64,000 nt of DNA from positions 310,001 to 374,000 of the forward strand of contig NC_081334.1 in assembly GCF_022539665.2 (NCBI RefSeq), in the 5' to 3' direction. Source of the stretch: Daphnia carinata (Eukaryota). Positions within the stretch are counted from its first letter, which is position 1. The number at the start of each line of letters is the position of its first letter. The position numbers and the translations under genes were made by a program. Shown here piece by piece: positions 1 to 13,093 of this stretch. The notes below the pieces were generated by a model, which was given only the letters and a program-made list of their open reading frames with translations, had not been told where the DNA came from and ran no database searches.

Positions 1-108
1 GGTAATCACGAGCTTTAGAATCCTCTGCTTCCTTGATAAAATCTGAAAAATATGAATTGTTTAAATTCTCTTCCAGAATTGTACATATTAAATGCATTTC
101 AAAATGTG

Positions 109-294
109 CTAACGCCCACACTTACAGATGAAATCCCAAACATTAAGATGGGATTTTCCCATGCGGTCATTCAGCCACCGGTGCCACGATTCCACCAAAT
201 TATTGGTCCGGTTCACCAGGCCAAAAACACTGAAAACTTGCGATGACCATGTTCTTCCTTTCATTTCAAAGCAATATAAATAAAAAAAATTCAT
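109..294 (-). mobile_element. Mutator (MULE) transposase C-terminal fragment
   Basis: VFSVFGLVNRTNNLVESWHRWLN...LNVWDFI matches the W-S-x(n)-RTNN-x2-E-x-W/F-H motif around the last catalytic Glu of MULE transposases. Fragment only. Confidence 0.6.
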
Positions 295-740
295 TTAATT
301 ATTTTATAGTTGTTGAATGCATTTCGCTATCTAAATATTTGGTTTAACAAATTTCTTCACACTGATACACCATGCACTTGGGTCCAGTCTTTAAGAAAGC
401 AGAGAAATAAAGAAGCAACAAGCACAAAACAACTAACCTCAGGATGGAATCATCGCGGCGCCACCGGCTTTTACACCGGCTGTATTGCACTAAGCACTCC
501 GCTATCATTAAAAATGATTTTGGATGCAGAAGCGAAGAGCAATTTCGGCATAAATCCATTTAATGTGTGGCAATAGATTTTGTGCTATCACCAGGTTTAA
601 CGTTGATCTACTGTTGGTGTGCCAAGGGATGGCATTGAGCAAATCTACCATCGCTTGAGAATACCCATGTCGCTATAGTTCATTGAAAACCTAAGAGAAT
701 TTATTTTGCTGATGCCGCCATTGTAGTATACGGTAAAAGA

Positions 741-1243
741 GTTGAATCTTGTTCAAAAGAAACCTTTTCAATGACGAGCTGGACTGCCTTTTTGAATTCT
801 GAGATATTCCCCATTATCAAAAGGGTGTCTAATGAATCAACCAAAGTAAGAGAGTAATTTCCAAGGACATCATTAATGTTGATATTAGATCTGTATAACA
901 TTGAAATTTAACAACACAGTCATTTGATAAAGACTTAAAAAGATAATTCTGTTGCTTACGGATTATCATAGTCAGGACCTCTTCCATTGCAAAATATAGG
1001 ATTGAGCTCGTCCAAGGGAAAGGCAAGATTCATATTGTTACCATATCCAAAATAGAACATTTTTTGGGTTTCATTGACCATCTCTAGCCATAAGCTTTCT
1101 GGAAAATGTGAATATTTGAGCTGAAAATCTTCATTCCAATTCGCCAATGACGTCAAGCAAGGTTGGACTAAAGGCGATAAAATCATTGGTAGGATAAGAC
1201 ACGGACAAACGAAGGCACACGAGTTTCCTGTAACTCCAATCAT
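741..1243 (-). pseudogene. EDEM1: Truncated ER degradation-enhancing alpha-mannosidase-like (EDEM1, GH47) 5' fragment
   Basis: MFYFGYGNNMNLAFPLDELNPIFCNGRGPDYDNP, then GT-AG intron 891-959, then [50 protein letters not shown]. Similarity stops before the catalytic VFE motif. Confidence 0.85.
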
Positions 1244-1535
1244 TTCTTGTTTGCAGAATTGTTGACATGGCTATACAAGCTGCATTACGGTACTCCATGC
1301 CACGCATCCATTTGGTACTGGAAGGATTAAACGCAAATATACGGCAAAGGAAATCGAAATGAAAAGTAAGCGAAAGCCAGGCGGAGTTTAAGTTGACACT
1401 GTTCAAGATCTTATTGGTCAACCGACTTCTCTGTCAGTTCGTCAACACGAAAGTGTAAATACCAAATTCGTCTGCTGAAGGAATTTGAAGTGGCGTCAAG
1501 TTGCCAATTACACCGATGGAACCTTGGTGTATTAG

Positions 1536-2050
1536 CATGGTGTACAAGGAGGGTGACAGAACTCTTCGTTATAACGGCCTATCTCGGCTGAAGGCTATTT
1601 GTGGTCCAGGTTACCTATAGTGTACCTACTTGAAAAATTTTCTAAGTCCAAACAAGTGGACATGTACCATTAATAGAATGTGGAAGAAGTGAAAAAAAAT
1701 CTTGTTTATACTTGTTGCTTCTTAACAAAATAAAAATCAAAAAAACTTTGGCCATTTTACGTTAGGAAAGGAGAAAAAAGAATGATTTTTACTGGGTTCT
1801 AACTCGAGACCCTCGTACTGCAATCGAGTATTCTATCCACTAGACCACTGTACTTGTACAGGTTTTCTTACCGTGACGCTAGTATATCTCCTCCCTTGCC
1901 ATTCAGTGGTTGGCGAAGTTCCTAAGTAGTTCCGATGGTGGCGTTGGCTATAAGTCTCCTCAATTAGGCCACACCCACCCCTCTGAAAACAGGCTTCATT
2001 GGAGATAGGCCTTAAAATGGAGAGTTCGTTCACCATCCTTGTACACCATG
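1536..2050. mobile_element. Related MITE inserted into the left TIR of the outer copy
   Basis: TIR CATGGTGTACAAGGA...TCCTTGTACACCATG. 7-bp TSD GTATTAG at 1529-1535 and 2051-2057. Internal sequence is homologous to 2060-2730. Confidence 0.8.
1788..1854 (-). other. Degenerate tRNA-like module (Cys/GCA-like) inside MITE
   Basis: Minus strand TGGTCTAGTGG (A box)...TCGATTGCAGTACGA...GAGTTAGAACC (B-box-like). Confidence 0.5.
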
Positions 2051-2459
2051 GTATTAGTAATGGTGGGACAACTCTTCGTTATAACGGCCTATCCGGCTGA
2101 AGGCTATTTGTGGTCCAGGTGACCTATAGTCAGAGACGCTTAGTGGCCGATATTGAATAAAAAGTAAAAGCTGCACCTACTTGAAAAATTTTCTAAGTCC
2201 AAACACGGGGACATGTCCCATTATCCCATTACCTTTTACATATCAAAATTAACTTCTAACCTTTGTGTAGTTATATTATCGCATTTTTATGTTTAGTCCG
2301 TATAGAATGTGGAAAAAGTGGAAAAAAACTTGTTTGTACTTGTCGCTCCTTAACAAAATAAAAATCAACAACATTGGTAACTAATATAGAATTGAAATGT
2401 GTGGGAAAACAGTGGAAAGTGAAAAAAAAAACGTTAGGAAAGGAGAAAAAAGAAAGATT

Positions 2460-2525
2460 TATACTGGGTTTGAACTCGAGACTCCCGTACTGCAGTCGAT
2501 TGTTCTATCCATTAGACCACTGTAT
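2460..2525 (-). other. Degenerate tRNA-like module (Cys/GCA-like) inside MITE
   Basis: Minus strand TGGTCTAATGG...TCGACTGCAGTACGG...GAGTTCAAACC (B box). Confidence 0.55.
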
Positions 2526-2910
2526 TTGAAGTTAATCTCCTACCGCAACACTAGTAGATCTCCTCCTTTGCCATTCCGTGGTTGGCGAATAATCTAGTTC
2601 GTAAATAGTTCCGATGGTGGCGTTGGCTATAAGTCTCCTCAGTTAGGCCACACCCACCTCCTCTGAAAACAGGCTTCATTCGAGATAGGCCTTAAAATGG
2701 AGAGTTGTCCCACCATTACTAATACACCATGATGGAACGCTTTACGATTGCCCGAAAGTCCACTAGTTCAACCGGCCAACGCCTCAAATCAGCTGACTAT
2801 TTTGTAGATTGTAGCATCAAACGCGGTGAATTGGTTGATGGCAACAGTTGAAGAATCCTTTTAAACTGCTAGACAAGTCAGTCAGACAGATCAGTTGGAA
2901 TGCGCGTCGA

Positions 2911-3279
2911 ATGCGCATCTTTCACGCAAAATTGCTCGAAAACCGTGATAGGCATATCGAGCAATTGCAACGAAGAATTGAAGAATTGGAGAAACGCGCT
3001 GACAAGGACGTAGAAGTAGTCGGCCCTGATTACTACAAACTCTTGGGAGTCGAGCGTAACGCTGGATCTAGTGAAATTAAGTCGGCGTATTACGCAAAAT
3101 CACGAATCCATCATCCCGACAAGCATCGAGACTCGCCCGACCAGAAGAAGCATGAAACCATTTTCAAAACTATTAAGTATGGCTACGAAGTCATATCTAA
3201 TAGCCATTCGCGGCGAAAATATGATAAATGGCTCGACATGACATCGGTTCGACTGGCCCATCAAGAGAAGTATTGTTAA
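2911..3279 (+). CDS. Small intronless J-domain (DnaJ) protein with N-terminal coiled coil
   Basis: DYYKLLGVERNA...EIKSAY...HHPDK...YEVISNSHSRRKYD is a complete J domain with HPD. First ATG at 2911. Confidence 0.75.
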   Translation: MRIFHAKLLENRDRHIEQLQRRIEELEKRADKDVEVVGPDYYKLLGVERNAGSSEIKSAYYAKSRIHHPDKHRDSPDQKKHETIFKTIKYGYEVISNSHSRRKYDKWLDMTSVRLAHQEKYC

Positions 3280-3664
3280 CAGATTTCCAACTCTCCGATG
3301 ATAAGCAGATGTGCAGGTATACCTTACACACAAGAACACCTCACAACCTTTCTTAAACCCTTTGGCTTGACTTTTAAGTCACGAGTAGTAACGTAAAGCG
3401 CCGTGCCTGTTACTGCCCAGTCAGCGTCCATGTGAGTCTTGGGAACGATGTTTTGTCATCTTCCCTCGACTCTGCTGGGATGTTCTGACATCGGGTAATT
3501 ACATGCACCTGTGTAGTTCTGTCTGCACGGGAATTTACGTTACTACATTGAAATTCCACTCTTGCCTCTTCGTCGAAGATGGAAACCAAAATTCAGGTGT
3601 GCAAGATTGCCATTATACCATTCTTAACTACGACCGGCTATAAAAGGATCTGATCGAGCGGCTT

Positions 3665-3929
3665 TATCTTACGCCGGTCACCTTCCATCGAGATTTGCGA
3701 TTTACCTGTGCCAGCTGCTGAGGTCGTTCCCGGAGCACGTGCTGGTATAATTGCTGCTGATGATGCAATTGTAGAAGTGGCGGCTGCAGACGCACCTGTT
3801 CGGCCCGTTCGAGTGGAATACCAAAGTCGCATGGCTATTAGGGCGAGGGCACGGTCAGAGAAAGATGCTCTGCAAAAGGCCGGAGTACAATCCGACAAGG
3901 TCGAGTAGATTAAGGCACGTGAAACTACG
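3665..3929 (+). repeat. Donor of 265-bp segment duplicated at 6906-7170
   Basis: Identical by eye to 6906-7170, and the 66-aa ORF translations in the track are identical. Confidence 0.95.
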
Positions 3930-5201
3930 GACGGCAAAGTGGACATTGAGCCGAGCCGTGCACTGCCGTTGGCCGCTGCACAACCACCTTCGCAGTGGAC
4001 GCCAAGTTCCGATCCCCTTGTACCAACCAACAAAGAGGATGTTCCGGATCCTGAATACATCTTCCATCAAGGTTTATAACTTACCTACACCGATTGTTAA
4101 ACCCACTGGCGAACGTTCATCCGTTCCCATCCGACACCAGTGTGTCGTTGAAGTTTCCAACTCAGTAGGCGATCAATCGGCCGCTTCCCCAACAACCCGC
4201 TCATTGAGCGTTTTTTTTTCTTTTCGTTTTTTTCCCCTTAAAAAAACTATGTACATTCTATTCCGGCTTCAATTGTATCTTCTTCAGAGTAATCAGTTTA
4301 ATTGCCCCTTTTTTTAAAAAGCAAAGACAACGAATCAAAATTCTTGTACATTTGTATTTCGGCTTGATTTATGTATGCTTTAAGCTTTGATGTCACTTTC
4401 TTTCAATCACAATCCAAAGGAACTGGCCGACGAACCCGTAATGGAGTTGTTTTCACTGCAGTGCGTGGCAACTACCAATACTGTAACGCTTCTGTTCCAT
4501 TTGTCTTCTTCACGGCTCAAGTTTGCGTGCCATTGGCGGGATGGTGAGCAATATTGCCATCTCCCCACCTGCATGCACCCGCGGAAGGAGACCACTACGA
4601 GAATTGATTGTCTCGTGATGATGGCAGGGCGTTGCAGGTAGTTTTTCCTCCACGGCAGTGATCAGCTACCTTTACGGGGGAATTTTATCCTTAAACGATT
4701 CGGACCGATTCTGGAAGTGCGTGTGCGAGAAGAGCTAATCAAAGTTTCGTTTGTCTTTGCTAAACAAATATTTTTCTGCTACTCAAAATTCCCCATACAT
4801 TTTCTTCTTTTTGATCAATAAAATTCATACTTAAACATATAACCATTGTGTTTTGACTTTTATTACTTCAAGTCAGTTCCGTTTTATCCCACTCCAACGT
4901 GGCGTTGTTCGAAACGTTATTCACGTGAAGAACTCATTCCAAGCGGTATCGATAATGGGGCTGTTTTTCGTAGAAAGCACAGAGATTTGGAAAATTACAT
5001 CGATGTATTGGACTTGTGTATTGGGTTAGCAGGCAAAGTTATTTTTCTTATGGGGGTAACGAACCAGTGGACTTAATCTATGAAAACTTTTCTAAATGAA
5101 TGAATAAATAAAAATAATAATAAATAATGAATAAATGAATGAAATCTTTTTTAAAACATTCACTTTTCGTAAAATATTGAGATGGACTATTATGCACTCG
5201 T

Positions 5202-5395
5202 TGTGATGACTCCGTTTAGCATTAACCCGCGGTAGCCACCAAGCGGCCAAGGTAAACGGTAATCATCGTAAGAGATCCCACCTCACACGGGAAATCAGTC
5301 TGGTATGATCTAATACAAGTATCACACACCAATTCAACTCTCGCCTCTCTCTCTTATCTCACTTCTATTCGGCGCAGCCTGAATAGGTTATCACA
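5202..5395 (+). repeat. 5' LTR of element 1 (194 bp)
   Basis: Matches the 3' LTR, with about 4 substitutions, once the MITE is removed. Confidence 0.95.
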
Positions 5396-5534
5396 TGGCG
5401 CAGATGGTAAACTGATCAGGACAAGATCTTTATTTCCACCAAAGGACAGATACGTACCTCCACTCACAAAACTTACGGTAATTCATCCATCAAGACTCTG
5501 CTTGAAATTCTCTCTCTGGTGTACCTCATCGTTC

Positions 5535-8500
5535 CTGAACTGCGGAAAGACCGGACACTTCGCGGCCGTGTGTAGGAGCCCTAAACGGGCCCAAGGCAAA
5601 AAGGCAGCGTTGAGAGTATACGGGTCAGCTCCGCAAGAGCTTCATTGGCCCCTGTATCCGCCGACGAGATGGTGAAACTCTCCGTCTCGCCTCGACGCGG
5701 CCATACACGAACCAAAGTGGTCACATTTCTACCGGACATAGGGGCAGAAATAGACGCCATACCCTCCGCTGTCTTCCACGAGAGCTTCAGCAACACTAAG
5801 CTACTGGACGCGGAACCCCCGGAGACAGCAATCGGAACCCCAATCGAAAGCGACGGTGCTTTCCCGGCCACGCTCAGCTGGACAACGACGGACGACCAGA
5901 CACAACTAGTCGAGACGACGGTCCACGTACTGAAGAACTTAAGACAAGCAGTTCTATAAAAAAAGACACAGATGGCTTTTGGGATGCTGCCATCCGGGTA
6001 CCCACACACACGGATCGACCGGATCAGCACAGAACCACGAGGGATGGACAACAACACATCGGTACCCACACCACTACCCGCCGACAACAGCCAAATCACA
6101 CTGGCCGCAAAAAACGGAAAAGGACCTCCAGGATCTGCTGAGCGAGTTCCCCGACATTTTCGATGGAAGATGTCGCCCCATGGCCGGCGAGCCATGCCAT
6201 TTCAAGCTAGTAGACGGGGCCAACCCTGTCACCATACGCGGATCACGCCCTATCGCGGACCCGCTGATGCCAGCCCTCAAGAAAGAGCTAGAAACCCTGG
6301 AAGAGCAGGGCGTTACAAAGAAGGTCACAGAGCCGACAGCATGGATCCACCCCATCGTCTTGGTTCCGAAGAAAGATTCGGGAATCCGCCTCTGCGTGAA
6401 TTTTCGAATCCTCAACCAGTCGATCATCCGACCGAGGTTCGAGACGCCGACGCCGTTCCAGGCCGTCCGCACCATACCCGCCGGAATGAGATTCTTCAAA
6501 GTGGTGGACGCGCTGAAGGGTTACCACCAGGTACCCCTGGACGAAGAATCCAGTGCACTGAACACCTTCTCCACACCGTTTGGAAGGTACAAGTATCTCC
6601 GGCTCCCATTCGGAGTTACACACGGACGACCAAAATTCGACGACCTTCCGAACAGCCGGCGGATCGTCGAAGATATTCAAGTCCGCCATTATTCCGGCGC
6701 TCAGCCGACCACAACGTTAAACAGAGCCAAACTAAGTTCGGCGGATTTATCGTGGACGCTGATGGATTCAAGCCGGACCCCGACCTACTAAAAGCCATCA
6801 GTCACTTCCCGACGCCTAAAAACTCCACCGATGTAAGGTCATTCTTCGGCCTCTGCCAACAAGTCGGAAACTTTTCCACGCGCATCGCATCCGCCCTACT
6901 GCCGGTATCTTACGCCGGTCACCTTCCATCGAGATTTGCGATTTACCTGTGCCAGCTGCTGAGGTCGTTCCCGGAGCACGTGCTGGTATAATTGCTGCTG
7001 ATGATGCAATTGTAGAAGTGGCGGCTGCAGACGCACCTGTTCGGCCCGTTCGAGTGGAATACCAAAGTCGCATGGCTATTAGGGCGAGGGCACGGTCAGA
7101 GAAAGATGCTCTGCAAAAGGCCGGAGTACAATCCGACAAGGTCGAGTAGATTAAGGCACGTGAAACTACGACCCCGCTACCGCTACTAAAAAAGGGGAAC
7201 ATATTCGAATGGACCACAAGCCACGAAACGGCATTTAAAGACGCTCGGATCGCTTTGTTTGACGTCTGCGACTTGGCCTTCTATGACACGGCCCAACCAA
7301 CTGCCCTACACGTCGACGCGTCCCGCCTTTTCGGCTTAGGATTTTTACTAAAACAACAGGACGCTGACGGCAGCTGGAGAACGGTCCAAGCCGGCTCGAG
7401 ATTTCTATCATCAGCCGAATCTCGGTATGCCATGATAGAGCTGGAGTGTCTAGCGGCAGCCTGGGCGATGATCAAATGCCGCCAATTCCTGGAAGGTCTC
7501 ACCACGTTTTGCCTGGTCACCGACCACAAACCGCTCATACCGATACCGAACGAATATTCGCTGGACAAAATAGACAACCCGCGGCTCCTTCGCCTGAGAT
7601 TGAAAATGCAACGCTTCGCATTCACGGCCCAATGGGTCCCCGGCAAATTAAACACTGGATCCGACGCCCTCAGCCGAGCACCCGTTGATCAGGCGATGAC
7701 AACTGACGAGCTGGCAGAAGGACCTCCCGCACGGATATCTCGTACCAGCATAGCCGGAATTATCGAAGGCTCCGACAGGGAAACCCTCGACCCGATCCTA
7801 GCCAAGATCCAGCCGGCCGCAATGACCGACCCCGTCATGCTTAGATTAAGAGACACCGTCCTGGCCGGCTTTCCCAACGACAAGTGCAACCTGCCACTCT
7901 CACTCCGACCGTTTTGGACGGTGCGCGACCGCCTAGCAATCGATGATACAGATGGGATGGTCGTCGTTGGATCCAGGGTCGTGATCCCTAAAGCACTCCA
8001 GCAAAACGTACTCAACGAGCTACTGAAGATGCAACAAGGAGCATCCAAACTTCGCCAGCGAGCCCGCTTATCAGTTTATTGGCCACATATGGATGTGGAC
8101 ATCGAAAATGCTGTGCGCACTAGCGACGATTGCGTTAGCCGGCTGCCGTCTCTTCCAAACGAGCCACTGCGTCCACATGCCCCAGCCACGCGCCCATTCG
8201 AACAGGTACATGCCGACCTGGGAGAATGGAGAGGTCGCCAGTTTCTGGTAATAGTGGACCAATACAGCGGATGGCCCCACGTAACCATGTTTCGGGACTG
8301 CCACACGACAGCCCGCCGAGTCATAGACGCGGTTCGGGCCTTCTTCACCGCCGCCGGCGTCCCGGTAAAATTTTGGTCCGACGGTGGACCCCAGTTCATC
8401 GCCGCAGAATTCAGAAAGTTCGTACAGGATTGGGGAGTCTCCGCCGGCATCTCGTCACCTCACTACCCCCAATCGAACGGAATCGCCGAGGCCGGTGTCA

Positions 8501-9113
8501 AAGCAATGAAGCAGCTCATCAAAGCTTCATGGAAATCCGGATCGTTCGACCAGGACACGTTCGACAGGGCCCTCCTCTTATTCCGCAACGCGCCACGCGC
8601 CGGCGCAGCATCGCCAGCGCAGTTGATCTTCAACCGCCCGATGCGCGACAGCCTTCCGGCCCACCGCCGATCATTCGCCCCCGAATGGCAGCGCTCTGCC
8701 GACACCATGAAAAACGAGCGAGACGAGCCAAGGCGGTCCAAATCGAACACTTCAACAGGACAGCCCACCAGTTACCACCGCTAGAAGTAGGAAATCACGT
8801 GGTGGTGCAGCATCCGGCCACCAAGTGCTGGGCCACACCGGGCATCATCGTAGAAATCGGCCCAAACCGAGACTACATGGTGAAAACTCCAGCCGGTCGA
8901 CTATACCGCCGCAACCGACGTTTTCTCCGCAAACGAATCCCGGTAATGCCCGGCCCGACGGAACCTGATTTGGTCCCACCCCATCCGAACATCCCCGAAT
9001 CGTCGGTACCGCCGCCGCAACCCTCACAGCAAAACAACACCTGCCCACCACGTCGCTCAACCAGCCGCCCGGTGCCGACAAGAAAATACCCAGCCAGTAC
9101 GTGGACCAAATAG
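5535..9113 (+). pseudogene. Disrupted gag-pol of element 1 (Zn knuckle, protease, RT, RNase H, integrase)
   Basis: NCGKTGHFAAVC; LPDIGA protease; RT PIVLVPKKDSGIRLCVNF...KGYHQVPL...TPFGRY; RNase H VDAS...TDHKPL; integrase HADL...SDGGPQF...SNGIAE. Frameshifts, deletions and an insertion; most of gag is missing. Confidence 0.9.
6906..7170 (+). repeat. Templated insertion copied from 3665-3929 into pol
   Basis: Interrupts pol between IASALLP and PLLKKGNIFEW. Confidence 0.9.
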
Positions 9114-9579
9114 ACCAGGGAACAACAGGCTTCATGACACGAGAGTGACTTGTGGGCGCATTTTGGCGTCTACTTTTAGTTCAACTTTTTCGGTGAACTT
9201 GCGTCAACTGTCCGGTAGATGGTTGAACCGGTTGACCGTTTTGGCGCCAACTGCAAGGGTAAGTTGAACTGAAAAAGTTGAACTTCTTCAACGGTGGTCC
9301 AAACTACCGTTGAGCTCTAGGTCAACCGTGGTAGAGCTAATTTTTTTTACGCATTTCGTTTTCTGTAGAAAATAAGTATTGCAACCTTGTTTATTGCAGA
9401 CGTTGTTTGTATTTTTAAACTTGATTTTCTTTTAATTTTTTTTTAGTTGTTTGAATTTACAGATTCAATCAAAATGGAAAGTCTTTTTTATTATGTAAGT
9501 GAAACAGAAGAAGTTATTCCAAAGAAAGAATGCTGGAATGGGAAAAAAACTGCCACACAAGTAGCAATTGATGCTGAGG

Positions 9580-12500
9580 CAGACTTGCCGTTGCGATTGT
9601 TTTTTTGATTTTGATCGCCGATCCGATCTTCACTGATTGATTTCGATCGGCGATTCGATCTTTTCCAAATGATTTGATTTGCGATAAAATTTCTGCGATT
9701 GCGATCATTTTTTAGCGACATCTGGCGGTCGAAATATCAATTAATTAAAAACAATTTTTGCTTAATAAAAACTAATTTGAACGAAATGAGATCGGGAATA
9801 ATTATCGTATTATATCGTATTATTTCTTATTTTCTCCTATCGCCCATGCATAACTCATGTTAATACGTATTCTATTTATACCAGATAAGATAACATTATG
9901 TTTAAAGCTAGTGCTATTGAAGACATCAATAAAAAAAATATTTCAAATCTGTAACCATCGTCTCTTGTTTATTTGAATTTCAAACAACATTAGCTCATTG
10001 ATTTATTGCCACTGTTCAAAAGCTGAAGAATTAACTTTTAAGAACAGTAGCATCTCAAAGTGTTTGTCACTTAATTTCAGTCGTTTGGGTGAATAAATTA
10101 GACCCGCTTGGCTAAACAATTTTTCGACTGCAGCTGAAGAAGGCAGGGCCACATTATATCGCCTGAAAAAATAATCAAAGACTTGCTTAATAGAAATGGA
10201 AAGAAAGAATATGACCTACTTGTAAATTAATGTCATCGTCGGATATTCCTTCAACTGGTCCAAATTGTGGCAGAAATTGAAATATTTTTCCACTTCATCA
10301 TTGGTTTGCTGTACTTTAATCTTCTTCGTAAGGGACGCAAAATAATTTTTCTTAATTCTTTTTTGGGGACTGGGATCTGACCGTGAAGATGATGTTCCAT
10401 CACTATTCTCGTCTGAGCTGTAAATGTATAAAAACATGTAAGTTAAGTACCATACTTTAATGCAACATTCACAAAGACATTACTTACGAATCACATTTTT
10501 CTAAAACCCCCTGCAAACGGCGGAATTCACATTGTAGCAAAAACTTCGCACGGCAAACATCTTCTTCTGAATCTAGCCAGGACAATTTAAACATGGGATT
10601 GGATATCGCAGCCAATCTCAGTTCGTTGTCTGCAAACATAGTTTGAAACCTAAATCAGTGTAAAAAGATTATTATGAGCTGGATAATACAAAATGTAAAA
10701 GGTTACCTAATATGAAAAGCATCCAATAAGCTCGTCAATAAAGGCTGACAAAGAATAATGGAAGCATCGTCTTTGAGCGTTTTCAAATTGTTTATCAAAA
10801 CCACAAGAGTTGGCAGTAGGAATCCCATACCCACATTTTTTTCGGCCTGTAAAATGTCCAGCGCTTCTGCCACCGATTTCATGATGGAAACGAACTCGTT
10901 CAAAAAACGTTCTTCACCTTGTGTGATAGGCGTGATGTTGAAATCTTCAAATAATTTTCGCATTGCACGACCTTTTTTGTTGTGAAGTCGAACAAAGCAG
11001 CAGATTGCGGAATATTCGGAATTCCATCGCGTTTCGTTTTTCAGCACTAACAGCCTACCCAAGTGGCGAATGACAGTGTCGGAATTCAAAGAACTGGAAC
11101 TCTGCTTGTTCCACAGCTTGTTCAGTTTTTCAAATGCGCCGGTTTTCAGTTTTAGGAAATTGTAGTCTTGAATTTTTTGGACATCTACTTTGGAGACCAG
11201 ATTCAATAGATGACAAGCGCATCTTCTGTGAACCGGAAGGGTCGCGTTAACAAAAAGTGATTCCTCCGATTCGATAAAATGGTCGTCCAAGATTTCACCC
11301 AGCTCTAAGAAAATCATATCTTCATCTTCTGATTCACCATCAAAGAATTCATCTTCTTCTTCCTCGGGAGTGTGGCATTCATAGTTGGGAAGTGTTGATC
11401 TTGCACCCTTTTCCTTGAAACATTTGATGAAATTCGATCCATTGTCGGTTGTTGATCCTCTTAATTTTCATTTCACTTCGTATTCCTCGTGTATGGATTC
11501 AATTACTTTGGACAACACATCAAAGGTGTGATGCCCAATAATGCGACGGGTGGCAAGGCACGCGCTTTTCCTTATTAGGGATTCACTATCGTACCAATGG
11601 ATAGTTTCCCCGAGGTAGGATCTCCTTCTACACGTCCAAGCATCCACAGTCGTCGCCGCATCAGTGCACTTTAACAGCGCATCCTTTAGCTGCAGTTTCA
11701 TTGCATAGTACTTAGTTTCCAGCATGTTAGTGAAAAATGTTCTTCCCCGCAACTGCAAGTGCGGTGCCAATTTCGAGATAAGTAACTGAAATCCTTTTCT
11801 TTCGACAATGTGCAGCGGGCACACGTCTTCGATGAGGAAATTCTGAATAAGAGAGAATATTAGTAAAAAGTAAAAAATTGAATTATGTGAACAAATTACC
11901 ATCACATAATTGTCTAAATCACTTTGTTTTGAAAGATGAGGTGTACTCGTACCACAATGTATGTATGAGTCATCCAAGTTTTCCTTTTCTTTTAAGCTGT
12001 TAACAGCTACGCTCCACTTGTCTTCGTGGCCGAGTTTATTGTCCGGATCATGTGACTAGAAAAATATTATTAGATGTAATGAAACTCTTCAAAAAACCTA
12101 CTCAATACATTACCAAGAAATGCCTTTTCGCATTGCATCTTGTGTTATGGAAAACCATAAGCAGTTTTGGAGATCCATCTTTTCTAATCTTCTCCTTGCA
12201 GCCTTCCATTAGGCATTCATACATACTAGCATTTTTTCCATGTGCCACTCGTACAAGCTCGAAATATTCACTAGGCAGCTGAAGTCTTTTTTCTGTTCTG
12301 GTATAGGGAAAGACAAACAAAAAAGAATGTTGGAAGAGCTACTTGAAAATAAACAGCTATGAAGACGTTAAATTGAATACTCATTAAACCTTTATCTATG
12401 TTATTCTTAAAATTGTTGTTTTACCTTTTATTGTAATCCAAACTTGTGTTAGAACTCAGAACTTCTCCAAGCTGACGTTTTGACATTGTATGAGTTTAGT

Positions 12501-13093
12501 GACCACTTCGCAGAAGACTCTTCACAATTGGTAGGCATACCGTCAGAGGTTAATGATACTACGTCCCACTGCAACATAGTTAAAGTATAAGCTTTGATAC
12601 TGTAATCATGTAATAATAGTATCATATTACCTTAGAAAGAATCCTGATGAATTAAATTTCAAAAAACCTACAATGTATACAGCACTGCACAGCCTAGTCA
12701 GTCAACACCTCTAGTCAGCAACTATATTGTTCTTGAAACTTCTTCGCAAACTTTAAATTTTAGTCAATTATATATACACTATCAAAATTATTGCATAATT
12801 ACCTTCAAGATGTGAAACATGTGTTCAAGATTTGAAATAGCGTCATCACCAACTAAATTTTACAAGCTCTAGTACTGTGAATGAGGGCTAAACAGCTTCC
12901 TCAGGCAAAATGTTTCACAAAAATTTATATGAGTTCTAAACTCCTACGTTTGGTGGCGCAAAATTCAATCGGAATCAACGATCAACGAAAAAATCAAATC
13001 AAAATGAAATCAAAATCAAAATGAAAAGATTTGATCGTCGATCGTTTTTTTGATCGTAATCGGTGATCGAAGATCGCGATCGCGGCAAGTCTG
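9580..13093 (-). mobile_element. hAT DNA transposon
   Basis: TIR CAGACTTGCCG; 8-bp TSD TGCTGAGG (9572-9579, 13094-13101); GATC-rich subterminal repeats. Confidence 0.95.
10003..12486 (-). pseudogene. Multi-exon hAT transposase with one visible nonsense codon
   Basis: BED-like Zn finger, TVDAWT, TDNGSN, CACHLLNL, ETRWNS and dimerisation domain PSSAAVEKLFS. In-frame TGA at 11468-11470. 5' start uncertain. Confidence 0.85.

Larger units (their letters stand above)
1523..2731. mobile_element. Non-autonomous TIR element (P-element-like MITE), outer copy
   Basis: TIR C(A/T)TGGTGTATTAGTAATGGTGGGACAACTC; the left TIR is split by the inner copy. 7-bp TSD ATGGAAC at 1516-1522 and 2732-2738. Confidence 0.8.

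Noticed and set aside
5581..9135. Many 100-340-aa alternative-frame and antisense ORFs over element 1 pol
   Set aside because: These are shadow ORFs of GC-rich coding DNA, or chimeras created by frameshifts and the insertion; no independent motifs.
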